A stretch of 37,121 bases of DNA from Octopus bimaculoides (taxonomy: Eukaryota). The DNA is taken from positions 156,977,275-157,014,395 of the forward strand of contig NC_068981.1 of the NCBI RefSeq assembly GCF_001194135.2, read 5' to 3'. Under the pieces are notes generated by a model. It was not told the origin of the DNA, ran no database searches, and saw only the letters and a list, made by a program, of their open reading frames with translations. Made by a program: the position numbers and the translations under genes. Numbering within the stretch: position 1 is the first letter of the stretch; every line of letters begins with the position of its first letter. This document shows, one piece after another, positions 36,284-37,121 of this stretch.

Positions 36284-37068
36284 TGTGTGTGTGTGTGTAT
36301 GCATGTGTGTGAATGTATGTGCACGCATGTGTGTGTGTGTGTATGCATGTGTGTGAATGTATGTGCATGCATGCGTGTATGTGTACATGCATGTGTGGAA
36401 AAGAGAGAGAGAGAGAGCTCAAAGAAATTATCTAATAAAAAATCATACAGAACAAATTTTCCCACATTTCAAAAGAAACATTATCATTCTAAATTATTTC
36501 ACAATTTCCAGTTAGTCAGCACTATATCCAGCATTATATTTCTATTATTCTATTAATATCAATGCATATCCCCTTACACTAGCACAAACAATGCACCGAA
36601 AATTGCACTGCCCTCCTTAGAAAGCTGCCTGTGGGACTAGAACAATATGTAACATCTATAATTCAGAGAGACATGTTACCAATTACATTAAAGCAATCTC
36701 TTGACTTTCAACCAACCGTGTCAGATAGTTTGATTTTACCAACAAGAAAGATTGTTTACATCCACAATGTTTACTTTTGGATGTTTGAAAGTCAGAATGT
36801 TGCTTTAATGTAAGTGGTAACACATCTGTCTAGGTTATAGAAGCATGGTTCCAATCTTGTAAACAGCTTTCCACTTGTTTTCAGAACAAGGAGTTTTTAA
36901 ATTTATCTATTATAAGCTATTATTTATAGCTGAGTTTGCTTTGAGACAAATTGATAATAAAAACTTATTTACAAAAATTTTATTTTTTATCATTCAGTAA
37001 ATTTTCAGAACATACAACACACACACACACATATATAAATACACACACTTATACATTTATACACACAA

Positions 37069-37121
<53 letters not shown>

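Overview
AT-rich eukaryotic genomic DNA, most likely Octopus. This rests on the SINE, RTE and MITE families, recognised from memory, and on the dense (AT)n/(GT)n microsatellites. The window has two N gaps (14098-14449 and 25360-25369). Two protein-coding genes are supported, on opposite strands. (1) Minus strand: four GT-AG exons (32803-32689, 29014-28937, 26837-26771, 24926-24761) splice in frame into about 141 aa matching the non-catalytic b/b' region of protein disulfide-isomerase TMX3. The ORF track shows only parts of this gene. (2) Plus strand: one terminal exon (18365-18996) encodes a complete fibrinogen-related domain (FReD/FBG), followed by polyA signals. I could not find the remaining 3' TMX3 exons between 24760 and 1, so the FReD exon is probably nested antisense in a very large TMX3 intron. 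The rest is intronic repeat: an internally deleted mariner, a truncated Tc1, TTAA (piggyBac-type) MITEs, many RTE-LINE 3' ends, several tRNA-SINE families, a Penelope-like relic and microsatellites. The best second-look items are the nested gene arrangement, a 157-bp fold-back, a 33-bp-stem hairpin whose only mismatches are A-C pairs in the TMX3 pre-mRNA, and a 69-bp module found at the breakpoints of two unrelated transposase relics. I found no clear evidence of a wholly new biological system. These items are leads, not discoveries.
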